A DNA stretch of 64,000 nucleotides from Takakia lepidozioides. Lineage: Eukaryota > Plantae > Bryophyta. This document shows positions 39,620-53,230 of this stretch, piece by piece. The stretch lies in assembly GCA_030704615.1 (NCBI GenBank), contig CM060734.1, forward strand, positions 56,606,001 to 56,670,000, written 5' to 3'. The first letter of the stretch is position 1. Every line of letters begins with the position of its first letter. Below the pieces are notes generated by a model. That model was given only the letters and a program-made list of their open reading frames with translations, was not told the origin of the DNA and ran no database searches. The translations under genes and the position numbers were made by a program.

Positions 39620-41528
39620 GATGGCAGGGTTGAGCCAGGTATCAGGCATCTCCTCCACCATCACTGCCTTTGAAAGAGGACCAAGAGAGAGAGTCCACAA
39701 AGACTCTTCTGGCACTAGTGAGGATGTGAGGACACTGTGCAAGGCAGGACGACTGACAGAGGCACTGAACATGTTGAACCAACGAAGAATTTCAGTAGAT
39801 TCCAATACTTACGTCTGTCTCTTGCAGGAGTGCCTCAAGCAGAAAGACTTAGCAGCTGGAAAGCAGGTGCATGCCCACTTTACGCAAGGTTATTTCAAGC
39901 CAAACATCTCTCTTCTCAACACCCTTATCAACATGTATGCCAAGTGTGGGAGTGTGGTGAATGCACGTCAAGTTTTTGACAAAATGGATGAACGAGATAT
40001 GTTTACGTGGAACACAATGATAGCAGGATATGCCAAGCATGGTGGTGCTTGGGAGGCTTTCAAGATTTATGAGCAAATGCAATGGAATGGGTTGACACCT
40101 AACCAGGTCACATACACTTGCATTCTCAATGCATGTACCAACTTAGGAGCCTTGGAAAAGGGTGAAGAGGTACATGCTGACATTATCAAAGCCGCAATCC
40201 CGCTAGATATTATTCTGGAGACGGCCCTTGTTGACATGTATGCCAAATGCGGAAGCATGAAGGTTGCGCGGCAAGTGTTTGACAAAATGCCGCAACGAAA
40301 TGTGGTCTCATGGAATGCTGTGATTGCAGGATATGCTCGGCATGGGTGTGGTAGAGAGGCTTTTGAGATGTATGAGCAGATGATGTGGGAAGGGGTGATG
40401 CCTGACAAGGTCACATTCATTGGCATTCTCAAGGCGTGTTCCAGCCTGGCAGCTCTGGAAAAGGGCATAGAGGTCCATGCTGACATCATCAAAGCTGGAA
40501 CTGGGCCAGATATCAATCTGGAGAACTCCATCGTGGACATGTATGCCAAATGCGGGAGCATGAGGGATGCACGTCAAATGTTTGATGTTATGGCTAAACG
40601 AGACGTCTTTTCATGGAGCACCATAATTGCAGGATATGCTCAGCACGGTTGTGGTGGGGAGGCCCTTCAATTATTTGAGCAAATGCAACAGGAAGGCGTA
40701 AAGCCGAACAATGTCACCTTTATAAGTGTTCTCTCTGCATGCAGCCATGTGGGCCTAGTCGATGAAGGCTGTCACTACTTTGATTCCATGTGTCGAGATC
40801 ATGGCCTCACTTGCACAGTGGAGCACTTTGGCTGCATTGTGGACCTTCTTGGTCGTGCAGGGCGATTTGATGAGGCAGAAGATATCATTAACAGAATGCC
40901 AATCGACCCAGATGTTGGGGTGTGGGCGGCCTTGCTTGGCGCCTGCAGAATTCATGGCAATGTAGACGTAGCAGAGCATGCGGCTAAAGCCCTTCTCAAA
41001 TGGGATCCACAGGATACTGCAACTTATGTGCTACTATCAAACATCTATGCCGCTGCCAACAGGTGGGACGATACAGCAAAGGTCAGAAAAATGATGGAGG
41101 ACAGAGGTCTCAGAAAGGAACCTGGGCACAGCTCCATTGAGGTGGACAATCGGGTGCATAGATTTGTTGTGGAAGACAAATTGCATCCACAAATTGGGGA
41201 GATCCATGACGAGCTGAAGAGATTGTCTCGACAGATGAAGGAGGCTGGGTACATGCCTGACACACGCTTTGTACTGCTTGATGTCAATGAGCAGCAAAAA
41301 GAGTTTTCCCTTTGCCACCACAGTGAGAAGCTGGCTGTTGCTTTTGGGCTCATTAGCACAACCCCTGGGAGACCTCTCCGAGTCATTAAGAACCTTCGAG
41401 TGTGTGGCGACTGCCACACAGCCGTCAAGTTCATCTCTAAGATAGTTGGCAGATCAATTGTTGTGCGGGATGCCAACCGCTTTCACCACTTCGAAGATGG
41501 GTTTTGTTCTTGTGGGGATTACTGGTGA
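39620..41528 (+). CDS. PLS-class PPR protein with E1-E2-DYW deaminase (organellar C-to-U RNA editing factor); likely terminal exon of a fusion with the upstream OSB exons
   Basis: Uninterrupted ORF: (P)-L-S-P-L-S-P-L-S-P2-L2-S2-E1-E2, PG box [22 protein letters not shown], terminal CSCGDYW. Confidence 0.96.
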
Positions 41529-41924
41529 AACCACCAATATAATTGAAAAAGTTGTGTCGCTGCGAATATGAGAATGGGTTTTATCCTTGCTTTAGTGAAG
41601 TAGAATAGGCATGAGATAATCCTGAATCAAGGTTGAGCTGCAGTCATGGAGGAAATCCTAGACTTTGGAGGTTGAAATTCTTGCATGAAAGAAGATTGGA
41701 CAAGGGATCTGCAGATCCAACAACCAATTATTATTAACATATGAAGTAAAATCAATTGTGCCGGATGGGCAGCCAGTTTCCAATCTTAGGGGATTGTCCA
41801 ACCACATGCATCTAACAGTGGTGCTACTTTGTCATGTACTAGTATGCAATAGCAACACAAAGGGAGAGATGACATAGAGAAGCTGGACACAGTTCCAATA
41901 TTCAATACTATTACAGCATGGCCC

Positions 41925-44900
41925 TCAACGCGTGGACCCAGGATTGCCTGCATTGTGCCAAAGTGTTTGCTGTGAGGATCTTGAGTCCTGAGCAAATTGA
42001 GGGTTCATGGTGGGCAAATGATGCCTTAGAGAGGGATCAGAACTTTGCCACTGGCGAGTATTTGCTGGACTACTACTGGAGACAGATTGTTGGGGTACAG
42101 CTCTAGCCCACATTGGCACATTGTCTGCTATGTACCCTCCGGCTTTTACATCCTGGAACTCCCAATTCTGATGTCCTGGACCCCTTTCTGCATGATGCCA
42201 GCTAATATCTCCACCATAGGTCGTTTGAGATTGGTTAGACTGCACCGCACTTGGATGGAGATCAGCAGCATACATTGCGTGGGTAGGTGCATTAGGCCAA
42301 ACCCCATTACCACTATGCATGAACTGATACTGTAGGACCCCTGTAGCTACATTGCTTACATCCACAACTTCAGAATTCCCACAACCTCCATTACTGGACC
42401 GCACATTAGGGTTCACAATGACTGGCAGTTTGCCTCTTGCGTATGGAGTTTTTTGTTGTTCAGATATTCTCTGCAAATGTCTGCTAACTGGAGACTGACC
42501 CACACCTCTAGCCCAGTTGGGAGGGGCAGCCCTCACTACATTAGTGGGGGGTACCATAGATGGATGCTGTGAAGTGTGGCTCCCAGGCATTGGGACAGGG
42601 TTCCCTGATGGCAAAAGCGGAGTCCAGAGAGATGGTTCCCAGTTCGAGGTCGCACCTACTACCATTGGCTTTGTGTACATCTGCATCGTATGGTCTTGGT
42701 TACTCTCCATGAGGACAGACCTTACAGCCTGGTGACCCACTTCGACACTTGACATTGCAGGAACTGCCCCTCGGTGCTGCAGACACTGGGAAGGCTGCAC
42801 AAACCAGGCACGCAACCACTGAGCACCCTTTCAACCGTGTATGTCTACTATGCTCCCACATCAACCAGAACACCAACATCGCAGTCAACATCCAATGTTA
42901 GTATTCCCCAGTTTGAATTTCATTGCCTTGGTTTTCTTCTTTGCACCCTGTGATTTCTGGGAAATGCCTGAAAGTCCATCTGACACCAGTAGATCCAGAA
43001 GAATTTCCCTAGCCATCTTTCTGGATGATGGAACTAGCTACTAGTGACTAACAGAATGCATTTACTACTCGCAGAATCAACAGTCATCCAGGCAGAGGGT
43101 ATCTCCACATGCAGGGCTGCTAAATTCAAACAAACTAGTAACCTTTGACCTTGTGTTCAACTGGCCGTACTTCGAATAGCAAGAGGCCTGGCAATGTACA
43201 GTTCCAACTTCAACAAAGTGCAACCTAAGGCTGGTTCGTACTATGATTAAATCACAACAGTCAACTTGAAGGATAAAATTTTCCTGGTAGTAGACTTTGG
43301 TCAACATATGTTTCAAATATCTGGTTGCTGAGTTCAAATCTATTCTCATTCCTTAAGGGCTTCCATTCTGGTACCTAACAGAAGGGCATCGCGAGGCTAT
43401 GTTAAAGTTGGAACTGAAAATTGAGTCCTCCAGATGTCTAATTCGGTCAAAGTCTATCCAAAAAGTAACTTAGTAGAGATATACCATAATATGGCAGAGC
43501 CCACAGTCAGCAGCAGGCAATTCTTACACTGATTTCACAAGCAGAGTCTAAAATCAGATACCTGGAAGCCTATGCAAAGGATGTGGTATTCAAAGAAGGA
43601 AACAGCCATCACTTGCATGATTAAGCTCCCTGTGTGTCCTCATGCTACCAAATTTAACTAGTGGCAATCAACCGTACTCACCATCATAGGGTGGTTCAGA
43701 AAAATGTGAAGAAGCAACTTGCCTAGATATGAAAAGGACTATACCAGGCCAAAGCAAGCAAGATATTTTGCACACAACGTTGTATAAAATCCAAATGACA
43801 GCAAGCAGACACTTTCAAGTCGCAGCAGAACCAATCTAGCCACAAAATCAAACAACAAACATTGAGATTGACCACCTGATCCATGAGTGGCAGATGCTGT
43901 TGTCCAGTCAGGCTAGGGCCGGTGGCTGTGTTATTCAAGGCTCCCAATCTGCCCTGTGCGGTGTCCCCTGACCCCAAAACATTGGAAGCCATTGACTGGA
44001 AATCATTGCTTCTTTCGTTTATGAATCCCAGGCTTGCAGAATGACTGTCATGGTTGCCATTAGTACTGTGCTGTGAGGTAAGCTGGGAAACGAGAGCTGG
44101 ATTGCTAAGTAGTAGTGCCAGTAAGGTGGGGTCATGGCTAGCCAGAGTGTTATGCATCACAGCAGGAAAGTCCTCGCGTGCCGACTCCATTCCTGCATTG
44201 CTTGGGTATTGTGGTTTGAAGCCTTCTATTACAGAAACCTCGGCATTTGAAACTTGGGCTCGCTCTGCCAGGACATCAAGACTTTGAAAGCTTTGTTTGA
44301 TCTGGCTGTTTTCGGTAGCATGAACCGACTCACTTGGAATCTCCAGAGTAAGAGAGTCATCATAGCTGGGCTCTTCCTCCCAGAGATCTTTTGGATCGGC
44401 TGGAATCAAATCCAAACTAGGATACAGGGCTTCTTCCTCGCGCTTCACACGAAGAGCCTGGACTTCTTTCTCCTTGCTCGCTTCTCCTGCAGCTACACTC
44501 CAACTAGCCAACTGCCTCACCACTGCAAGAAAACCAAGATTACTTGTCAACCCACAACTTGAAGACACATTCAGAGAACATTCCCAGACAACTACCAGAG
44601 CTAGGATCCTTATCCCATATATCAAAGCAAGAGCCTAGAATGTAAAGAAAGATGAAAATCATCCAAGGTAAAGAAGAGACTTCCAAGATGACCCCCTATC
44701 ACAGGAAAGGACAGCATCCATGCCAGTGAAACAACCTAGTAAGTCACCTGCAGATGTTACAGATGGTCAACAGCATGGAATCAAAATACTATCCTATATT
44801 TCACCTTGGATTGAGCAAGAAATCTCTGAATACACCCGAAGATAAAAAAGAAACACCAAAAGAGGAGGGGAGGAGGATTTGCAAGCCAGGTGATAAACAC

Positions 44901-47900
44901 GACTTCCCATTTGAACCATGTAGCCTAATAAACTCATGCTCAAAACCACAAATTTACAAGTCAAAGGTGTCTCAACTGTACTCATCCACACAGACGTGTA
45001 GGAAATCATGCTCCTATCTGCCTACCCACAAACCATGGACGAAAACCTATGGGCTCTTGCACATATGCAGAAACGTAGTTACAACCAATACACCATCCTA
45101 TAAGTGTCAGATCACCAACATAATCATGCATTGCAGTAGCTGCTACACCGGCACATTGACACGACCACATCTCCAGACTGGATGTGGATAACTACATCAA
45201 TGCATGTGCATAAACAAAGGCATATGTTTGTACAGGCATCCTCATACTGCACCCTTTCCTTTCCCTCGCTCCCATCACCGTACTACCACCAGCAACCCCC
45301 TGTCACCTCTTACAAATGTACTGTGAAAACTCAGATCCAATGTCTGCTAGCACTCGAGAGGCAGAAAGACTTTTGTCAGATTTTTAACATACAAAGACAC
45401 TTGTGAGGAGACCAAACCCTCAATATGAGTTCTGTAGGTTTCGGAAGATCATCGTCTTAGAGAACAAAATACCTGGAGGGACCATCCACGAAGTGATGGA
45501 TGCCTTACTGGGTGCAACGGGATCTCGAGTGATCACTTTGCCTAGAGGAGCACTTGTATTTGCAAATCCAAAATGGTTGACTTCCACAGTTTCATTCAGA
45601 GCGCCTCTCTCATACAAACCCTTCCCACCCTCTTCAGCCACATCCTTTTGATCAGAGAACCTTGCATTACTATCTTCTACAATGACAATTGGTGATAATG
45701 GTTGTTTGCCTCCGATATCAGAAATTGAACTATGTGAAGCCCTGGTATCCCCAACTTGAACACAAACTGCCACTTCCACAAGCTTTGCATCTCCTGCTTG
45801 CAGTGGAATAGATGTTCCCATACTAACAACTGGAACAGACTGCCGGGAAGAGGACTGGGCCTCGCCAACCTGCCTTAATTGAAGTCTATCCAAAGACTGT
45901 GATTCAAACCCATGTCCTGGAGAATATCTATCACCAACTGTGCTTGCGCCGAATCTCTCCAAAGACCAACCATCGCCAACTGGTAAAGGCTTTCCTCGAC
46001 TTTGTGTAGGTTCTGCATGGTTGTGGGACTTGGCCCCACCTCCACCAGAGCTAGGCATCTGAAGGAGGCGGGCACGCATTTTAGCTTTTCGAATCTCATC
46101 AGCAGAGAGGGGTCGGGAAGCCTTGTCTGCTGTTACAACTGTCCGTCGCCCGGCAGAATGTGAATGGCGACTTCCAGCCCCATTGTCTTCTACAGGTAGC
46201 ACCTTTCGGCGCCCCTTCGCTTCTGTAGGTTGTGCACAGTCAAGTGATTCCAGCCTTTGACCCAAAAGCTTACAAACACAAACAGAAGATAGGCAATAAG
46301 CTTTAAAACGATGGCTGCAGAGGGGGGTTAAGTTGTATTCTGCAACTTGATGAGTCAAATCAGAAACAAAGAAACGTAAATTCTGCAGAGGCAACGTCAT
46401 TGAATAAGGATACGATCAGCAAGAAGCTGTTTTCTTGACACTGAGATTACGGTGCCAGCTCCTTCTGACGGAGTATTGGGTCCCCTGCAAATACCATAGA
46501 GCAAACCAAAAACTACAGATTAAATGCAAAATAGAAACCATTCTGAACAACAGGAGGTAAGACTCCAAGGCATTCACTCCTTTCCAAACTATAGTAATTC
46601 ATTCTCTGAAATCAGGCAGCAGATGAACATCTCAGTCACCCACAGGGACATATGATAACTACCTCGTGTCTGGCACTGGTGAGGCTGGAGAAATGTGACT
46701 GGAAGAAGATCGACCCTCCAGAGCTTTCTGTGACATACCCTGCAAGAGGTGACAGTAAAGAGAATTCATATCCAGGTGAAGCACATGCAGAAAACTATGA
46801 CAGAATGTAGTCATGAGACGTTGTTTACTTCAGTTAAGGACTAGCAAACAAGAGTACATTGCTTTACCTTTGTCTGACTTGTGACCACCTTATCCAACAC
46901 TAAATGCCCTGAATCACTTGAGGCAACCATCTTTTCAAGCTGCGGCTCCTCTTCTGTCCAGACAAACACACACAGAATGAGAAGTTCCTGTATCACCAAG
47001 TTTCCTGTTTCCAGAAATGTGTGCAGAAATAAATAGCAGATGGTGTATTTCCATCGACAGCCACAGCCTCTTTGCATTCTACACTTGAAATGAGTGCATT
47101 GATACTCACATGAGACAGCCACGAAATTATGGTTGGCAACCCTCCCTCCTACAAATGTGGCCTTTCAAACAACAGTTTTGAATAGTACCTTTTTCTGCAA
47201 GTATCTAGTGTAAGGAGGAGCTGTATAGAGTGAATAGAGACCATTGGCCAAAACTGGAAAACTTCATCAACTTACTAAGGTGCATATAGAACTGCTGGTT
47301 GAACAATCCTGCTAATTCAGTATAGTGCTGTGAAGTGTACATCAATCTGTAAAAGCAACATTCAGAACCAGGTAATGCACAGGAAACTCACACACCTGTC
47401 TTTATTTTCTTCCTCTCGTGCTCATATCCAGTCACCACCACTGCAGCATCTCTGTACATCCAAACAAGCATGTAGAGTTAGGCCAGCATGAAATTAGACA
47501 GTCTCCAGCAAAGAGGATGTATAAAGTAAGAGTCTCTACAGACCAATCCCACTGGAACCATGACAACCTGAAGCTTTAAGCAGATTCCAACTCTGTGTTG
47601 CTAAGAAAATCCTTACAACATGCACTGTAATAGCGTGAGAAGAGCTAGAATTAGTTTACTGAGAAAACATTGCCAACATAACCAGTACAGTCATGGACAG
47701 CACTGGCTACGCACAGCCATGCCATCCAGAACACTCACCTGAGTCTTTTCTGAAGGCCCTGTGGGGAACTCAAAGAATCTGCACAAGCGGAATATAAAGC
47801 ATCATTGTCAATTTCATTTAGGGGAATAATAGCCATAAAGACTGCATGCTGAGACACAGATCCCCAGGAGCAAAACCACCCTCCATCATAGACCATGGCC

Positions 47901-50900
47901 ATAAGATACATTTGTTAGAACACCATGTGTGGATAGGAATTCAAGGATACAGAAGTTATACTATTTTCTGACTGGAAGACACCTCAGGAGGATCAGCAAG
48001 GCCAACTATCTGAACCTTAACGTTCTCACAGTAAGCAAGGAAACCATACACTTGACTTCCAGAGCCAGATCAGGTTGGCTGCTGCATGCATTCCTTGACT
48101 CCCAAAAATCATCATATTGACCATGGGTGGAAGAAACTACTTATTCATTGCACTAACTCCATCTGCATAGGCGGGATTATAATAGGGACAGATCAGGCGC
48201 CCCAATGGAACTAAATATTGGGGAGCCTGCAAGAGGTTCTCATGGCAGCAAGCCCCGGAGCGGTGCTCTATTTTGAGAAGCAGTTAGAGCCCATACAGTG
48301 GCATTTGGATGTCATAACGACTCAGATGTTCCTACCACAAAAGAGTGAGGTCCACTATACAACACCTTTAGAAATTGTGGCAGAACCGGAAGAGCCAACA
48401 GACCTCCATCCATCAGCCTTGCCCATGAGAAGCTTGCTCCACTTCGACATCAGGAGACGTGCACAACTAGCGATATCTGGTATCCCCAAACATGAGATCG
48501 TAACCAAGCTACCAGCAATGCAGGATGTTCTAAAAAACACTACCCCATCATTTATCAAAGGCAGTAATGAGAATATACATTAACTCAAAACATGACAAGC
48601 TCACCAGGCATGCAATAAAAGCGAAGCTTGTTCACAGGCTGCAACAAAACAGCCATCTGGAGGGGCACTGCATGGCTCATGGGCAAATGAGATAAAACCT
48701 GCACAATTGCTGTATCCATCAGTATAACCAGCAATGTCACAGATATACCCACGACAGCCTAAGGCCTAAAAAGTAATTGAATGACACCTTAGGACTCATG
48801 TGAAACCGTGGGAAGCCCTTTGGTACCCACAAACGCATGAGCTTCAGTGCTCAAAGACATCTTGCAGTTGCTAAGAAATGCAGCATTTGCAGACTAAGGT
48901 ATTCTCAGGAGAACTAGATAGATGGGTCATATCATACCTTCAACAACTGGCGAAGAAGGCTGGTCTGCTCCTCAGCAGCAGCTGGAGCCAGCCAACCCTG
49001 CAGTACCTTTAAACCCCCTTTTTCCAGAAACCTGCAGATTCTCCATCAGTAGAGAAAGAATGTACACACTTAGTTTATGCTTAAAATTTAAGATTAGTAA
49101 CCACACAAATGAGACGGAGTCAACAACCTACAATGGTTTGCAAGCACAGCCTTCCTAACTGATGACTGTGCCTTCAGACCAGCTGTTGATTTGCTGATCC
49201 CTATGGCAAGAATGCTAAATGTTGGAGCCTGCAGAAAATCGGCCTTCTCATTCAAGAGCTACTTCCATGGTGGTTCCAGGATTCAAGCAAGAGACCACCA
49301 TGAAGTAAGTTCTTATGAAACAACAAAGCGTGAGATCCGCAAACAGTAACCACGCCACTCACGAAGTTCCCCCCCACAACCCTTTCCTCAAATGCTGCCA
49401 AATGAGACAATGAACAGCAGTTTCAAGGCCCGTGTGTTCTATCCATTCATACCCATGTGTTTAAGATTGCAGAAAATATGCAAGGTGAGATACACGAAGG
49501 CGCAATCACAAAATACATTGCCAATTTTCACTACTTTCTGGAAATCTACAAAAGACAAGGCAATCGATTGATGAGGAAACAAGCTCGTATTGGTTGGTTT
49601 GTTTCACCATACGAATCCTATGACTGGTCATACACGCGTAGCGCAGAAGGCTAGCTTCACAGGGGATTCTTAGACTATGGGCTCACAAAATTCGATTTTG
49701 AGACACTCTACCTAGTTACCCCATCTGCCATTTGGACATCACAGCCATGCTTGTATGGTCAACAACTTGACACTACACCAAGTGTACTTGTTTGACATCT
49801 GAGGCTGTGTGTGAACCACAATTGTACATTACATTTGTAACTTCAAGGCTGGTCAAACAGATTGTACTCATAAGACGTTGTTTGCCATAGCCTTGTGGCC
49901 ATTGACCCCGCGCCCAGTTTGAGCGGGAACAAAAGGGACAGAACCTACCTCTGTCAGGGGCTGACGTTGGTAGTAAGACTTACCTCCATATAAAGAATTA
50001 ATCCGGGTTTTCCAGATATCCTCTAGAAATCCCTTCACACAAGCATCAATCTGCTGTGTGTGATTTGCCCAAAAACTAGGCCTCAGGAGGGCCTGGGCTT
50101 TTGGCTCAGCCTCGAGACTTTCAAAGTTGGTAAACAGGGGTACAGGCACAATTCCCTTAATAGATTTGAAGAGAGCGTCTCTTTGGTGAGAGAACCCCGG
50201 ACAGTGTATCAGAAAATGAATACTGTCTTCAGATTGCCCACACAACGGGCAATTGCACTCTCCCTTTCCTCTCTGCTTCTGTTTGCTGTTCAAAGGTAGG
50301 CTTCCTGCCCTGAGTTTAAATTTCAGTCTAGTGCCGAGAGTGGGTAGACCCTTGAGGTCATCCAAGATGTCCTCCCCCATGTCACAGACTGGAAACAAGT
50401 TCAGGGAAGTTTTCTGCCTAACTTCATTTTCATCAGACAATCTCATGGCAACAGACATGGCTGAGGACACTACAGCCTCTAAGTCAGATTTATCCAGCAG
50501 GGTCAAGACTTGCGGATCCAGGTCCAGGTCCTTGAGGATCTCTTCTACTCTCTTCTGCCAGGACTTAGCCTGTTTGACAGGGCGGTCCTGTTTCCAAGAT
50601 ATAGAGTCAATTAATTTAGGATATCTGGTGTTGGGCATATGTTGCAGCTGACCCCACCATCTGACCTTGAATTCATCTCGTCGGGAGCTTAAGGACGGAA
50701 TGCCAAACTCACCCCGAACAGCCACATTGGCTGTTTTGGAGCATGCTGACATACACTCCTTAAGCACCCCCACTTGAATGGATTCTAGAGACTTAGCCTG
50801 GTTGGAGTTATCAACCCATATAGCAGATCCGTACTCCAAGGCAGGTCTAATAACGCGACAAAGCATGGTTTTCTTAACCTCAGAGTTGAGCTGGTCAAAC

Positions 50901-53230
50901 AGAAACTACATGCAACCATTCCTAAGAAGTCCTCTTACCGTCGTAAGACCAATCCAGGTTCCGTTTGAACAATAACTTGTAGAAGCTGTGCCTGCCGAGT
51001 GAAACTAGATGCACGCCACATCAACTCCAGTAGCATTTCTACTGACTCCACGCCAGTAAGCTTTTCAAGGCCAATGTCATTCCCGCATGATACATGCACT
51101 GTTGAAAGGTGCTGGGATTGCTCCTCTGCATTTGTCACCCTGTCCCTCCCTGCTTCATCAAGGGATTGGTGTACCAAAGTCCGCACACGCGACCGTTGTG
51201 TAGCAAAAAATTCCCTGACCTACATGAGAACAGAAATACAACTGCTTCACTTAGGGTGAGCAAACAATCAAATTGGCTGCAAATCCATATTTATCATAGC
51301 TCCAAACAATCTTAGGGCAGACAGACCGTGCACGAGTGAAATGAACCATGACGTACAATATACAACTTTTGCAGCACTGACCTGTGAAAGTGTAGCACCA
51401 GAAAACACGCTAATATCGCGGGCCTCTTTTTTGGTAATAGTGTCTTTGACAGCAAACACAGAATGCAAGCACTTCAGAGCTTCTGGAGTGAGAACGTTTC
51501 CCGATCTCTTCCCTGCAAGCAGTCACCTCTCACAAATCATAACAGACAAGTTGGACCCATGGACGAAGTCACACTCTGTGGTTCTTTGGCTGCCGCATTC
51601 TTCTTATCTGTTTGCGTGTAGACATGTTCTAGCTGCCAGGAATGCGCCACATCTCTGTGAACCGGAAGCTAAGCCCAGACAGACATCAACAACCCTAAAA
51701 GCAATTGTACAGATAAATCCTACCTCCTTTGTTTCCAAGTACAGTTGATACCTGCCACAGCAAAAGCACAATGTATTAGGGCTCTCTGTACACACAGTCA
51801 TACTGCCTTGTCAACAGACTGATGATACATCCCAAGAAATCTAAGTCAAGATGGATAACAAATAATCAGAGGACAACCATCCACCAGCAGGTGCCTTAAG
51901 CAAGCACTTCAAAGCCACCCTTGATAAGAAAGTTAGAAGGTTCGCAACCCAACTATACTTGCTCTTGCATCCCTGATGGCTATGTGGGCCAGTATAAATG
52001 GAGAGAAAATGAACTTACAATGATAGTCTCACATCCTATATACCCTCAAAATTTCAGTAACAGAGACCAGACTGCAGGAGAACTATTTGGTAATCAGAGG
52101 GGAAGCTTGTGGGCTCCACATGCAGGAAATATTTGCACATTAACAGAGCTCCTCCGTCTCGAACATAATTCTCCACATGACATCTTACAGTTCCGTTCCA
52201 ATGGTGGTCTCGACTATGTCTACAGTCAATACTAAGTTTAACCGGGAAGCTTAAAGGAATCATTTACACGCAGGCCTTATTTGAACATGTGGCATCAAAC
52301 ATAGAAATCTGCTTCCTATGCTTATTTAAGAGTTCATAAGAGACAACATAGGTTCACCCACGTGAGCACAACAATCTACTATGGTATAGCTTGCCGGTCA
52401 GAGTCTCCAAGGTACATCATCCCCTTCTGCTGTCGAGATTGGATGCGACCGAATTGTATTCAGAATTTAGACATAAAGCAGGAAACATATACCATTTCTT
52501 GACTCAGAGGATTGATGCCTGTGCGCCGACACTGAATCGTCACAACACGTCGAAGCTCCTCAATCTGAAAATGCACCACCTTCCTCTGTGCGTCAATCAT
52601 GCTCTCCAATGCTCCCGCCTCCTCCACTTTCCCCTCCTCACTCGCTCCTTCGAGCGTAACCCCCTTGATTTCATCTTCGGTGAGACTTGTTGCTTTTGCT
52701 GGTCTCACATTCTCCCAAGACATGTTTCTTTCACAAACAAAAGACATAGAGGGGCTATGGCCTCCAGTCAGGCCAGTGGATGGGTAAGCAGTTGGGGAAA
52801 AATCCGTTGCCGTAGGCAATGCGGCAGAAGATGGCAGACATCCGGCCACGTCATTTGTATTTGCAAGAGCAGAGGAAATAGGGAAAGGAGGAGAAACAGG
52901 AATAGAACAAGGCTCATCTTGATGAGGATTGCCATCGGACGCTAAGGTTGTAGCATCGCCTGCAGCCTGAAACATGTTCGGAGGCAGTAAACATGAGGCA
53001 GACGAGTCTCTGAATGCCCCAAAAACATCAACACAACCAGAAACCCCTGATGACGAAGAAGGCGAGGGAGACAACAATCCAGGAAATCCCTCCATGCTCG
53101 TGAAACCGACGGAAGTGGAAGTCCCAGAAAATGCAGCAGAATCGACTCTACCAGTAGCGGGTGACGACGAAGCATCAACGAGGAGCGCATTCAATCGCTC
53201 CACCATCTCTGGTACGGCTGCCTCCCTCAT
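41925..53230 (-). CDS. LD: Homeobox protein LUMINIDEPENDENS-like (homeodomain plus TFIIS-N/PNUTS-like region), multi-exon
   Basis: QIEELRRVVTIQCRRTGINPLSQEM (exon 53230-52493); VFAVKDTITKKEARDIS..Q|VREFFATQRSRVR (51512-51382, 51219-50939); GGLKVLQGWLAPAAAEEQTSLL (~48950-49010); ARLLMSKWSKLL; RPLSADEIRKAKMRA; SWMVPP; AAGEASKEKEVQ..IPADPKDLWEEEPSYDDSLTLEIP. Several middle and last exon boundaries were not resolved. Confidence 0.9.
49862..50889 (-). mobile_element. 5'-truncated LINE with an open 332-aa ORF (RT thumb plus CCHC), in an LD intron
   Basis: [41 protein letters not shown]; perfect 14-bp TSD GCTGGTCAAACAGA at 49848-49861 and 50890-50903. Confidence 0.93.

Noticed and set aside
39849-41476. 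Antisense ORFs over the PPR gene (and similar ones over copia, RBL, TOP3B and LD)
   Set aside because: Shadow frames of real coding sequence.
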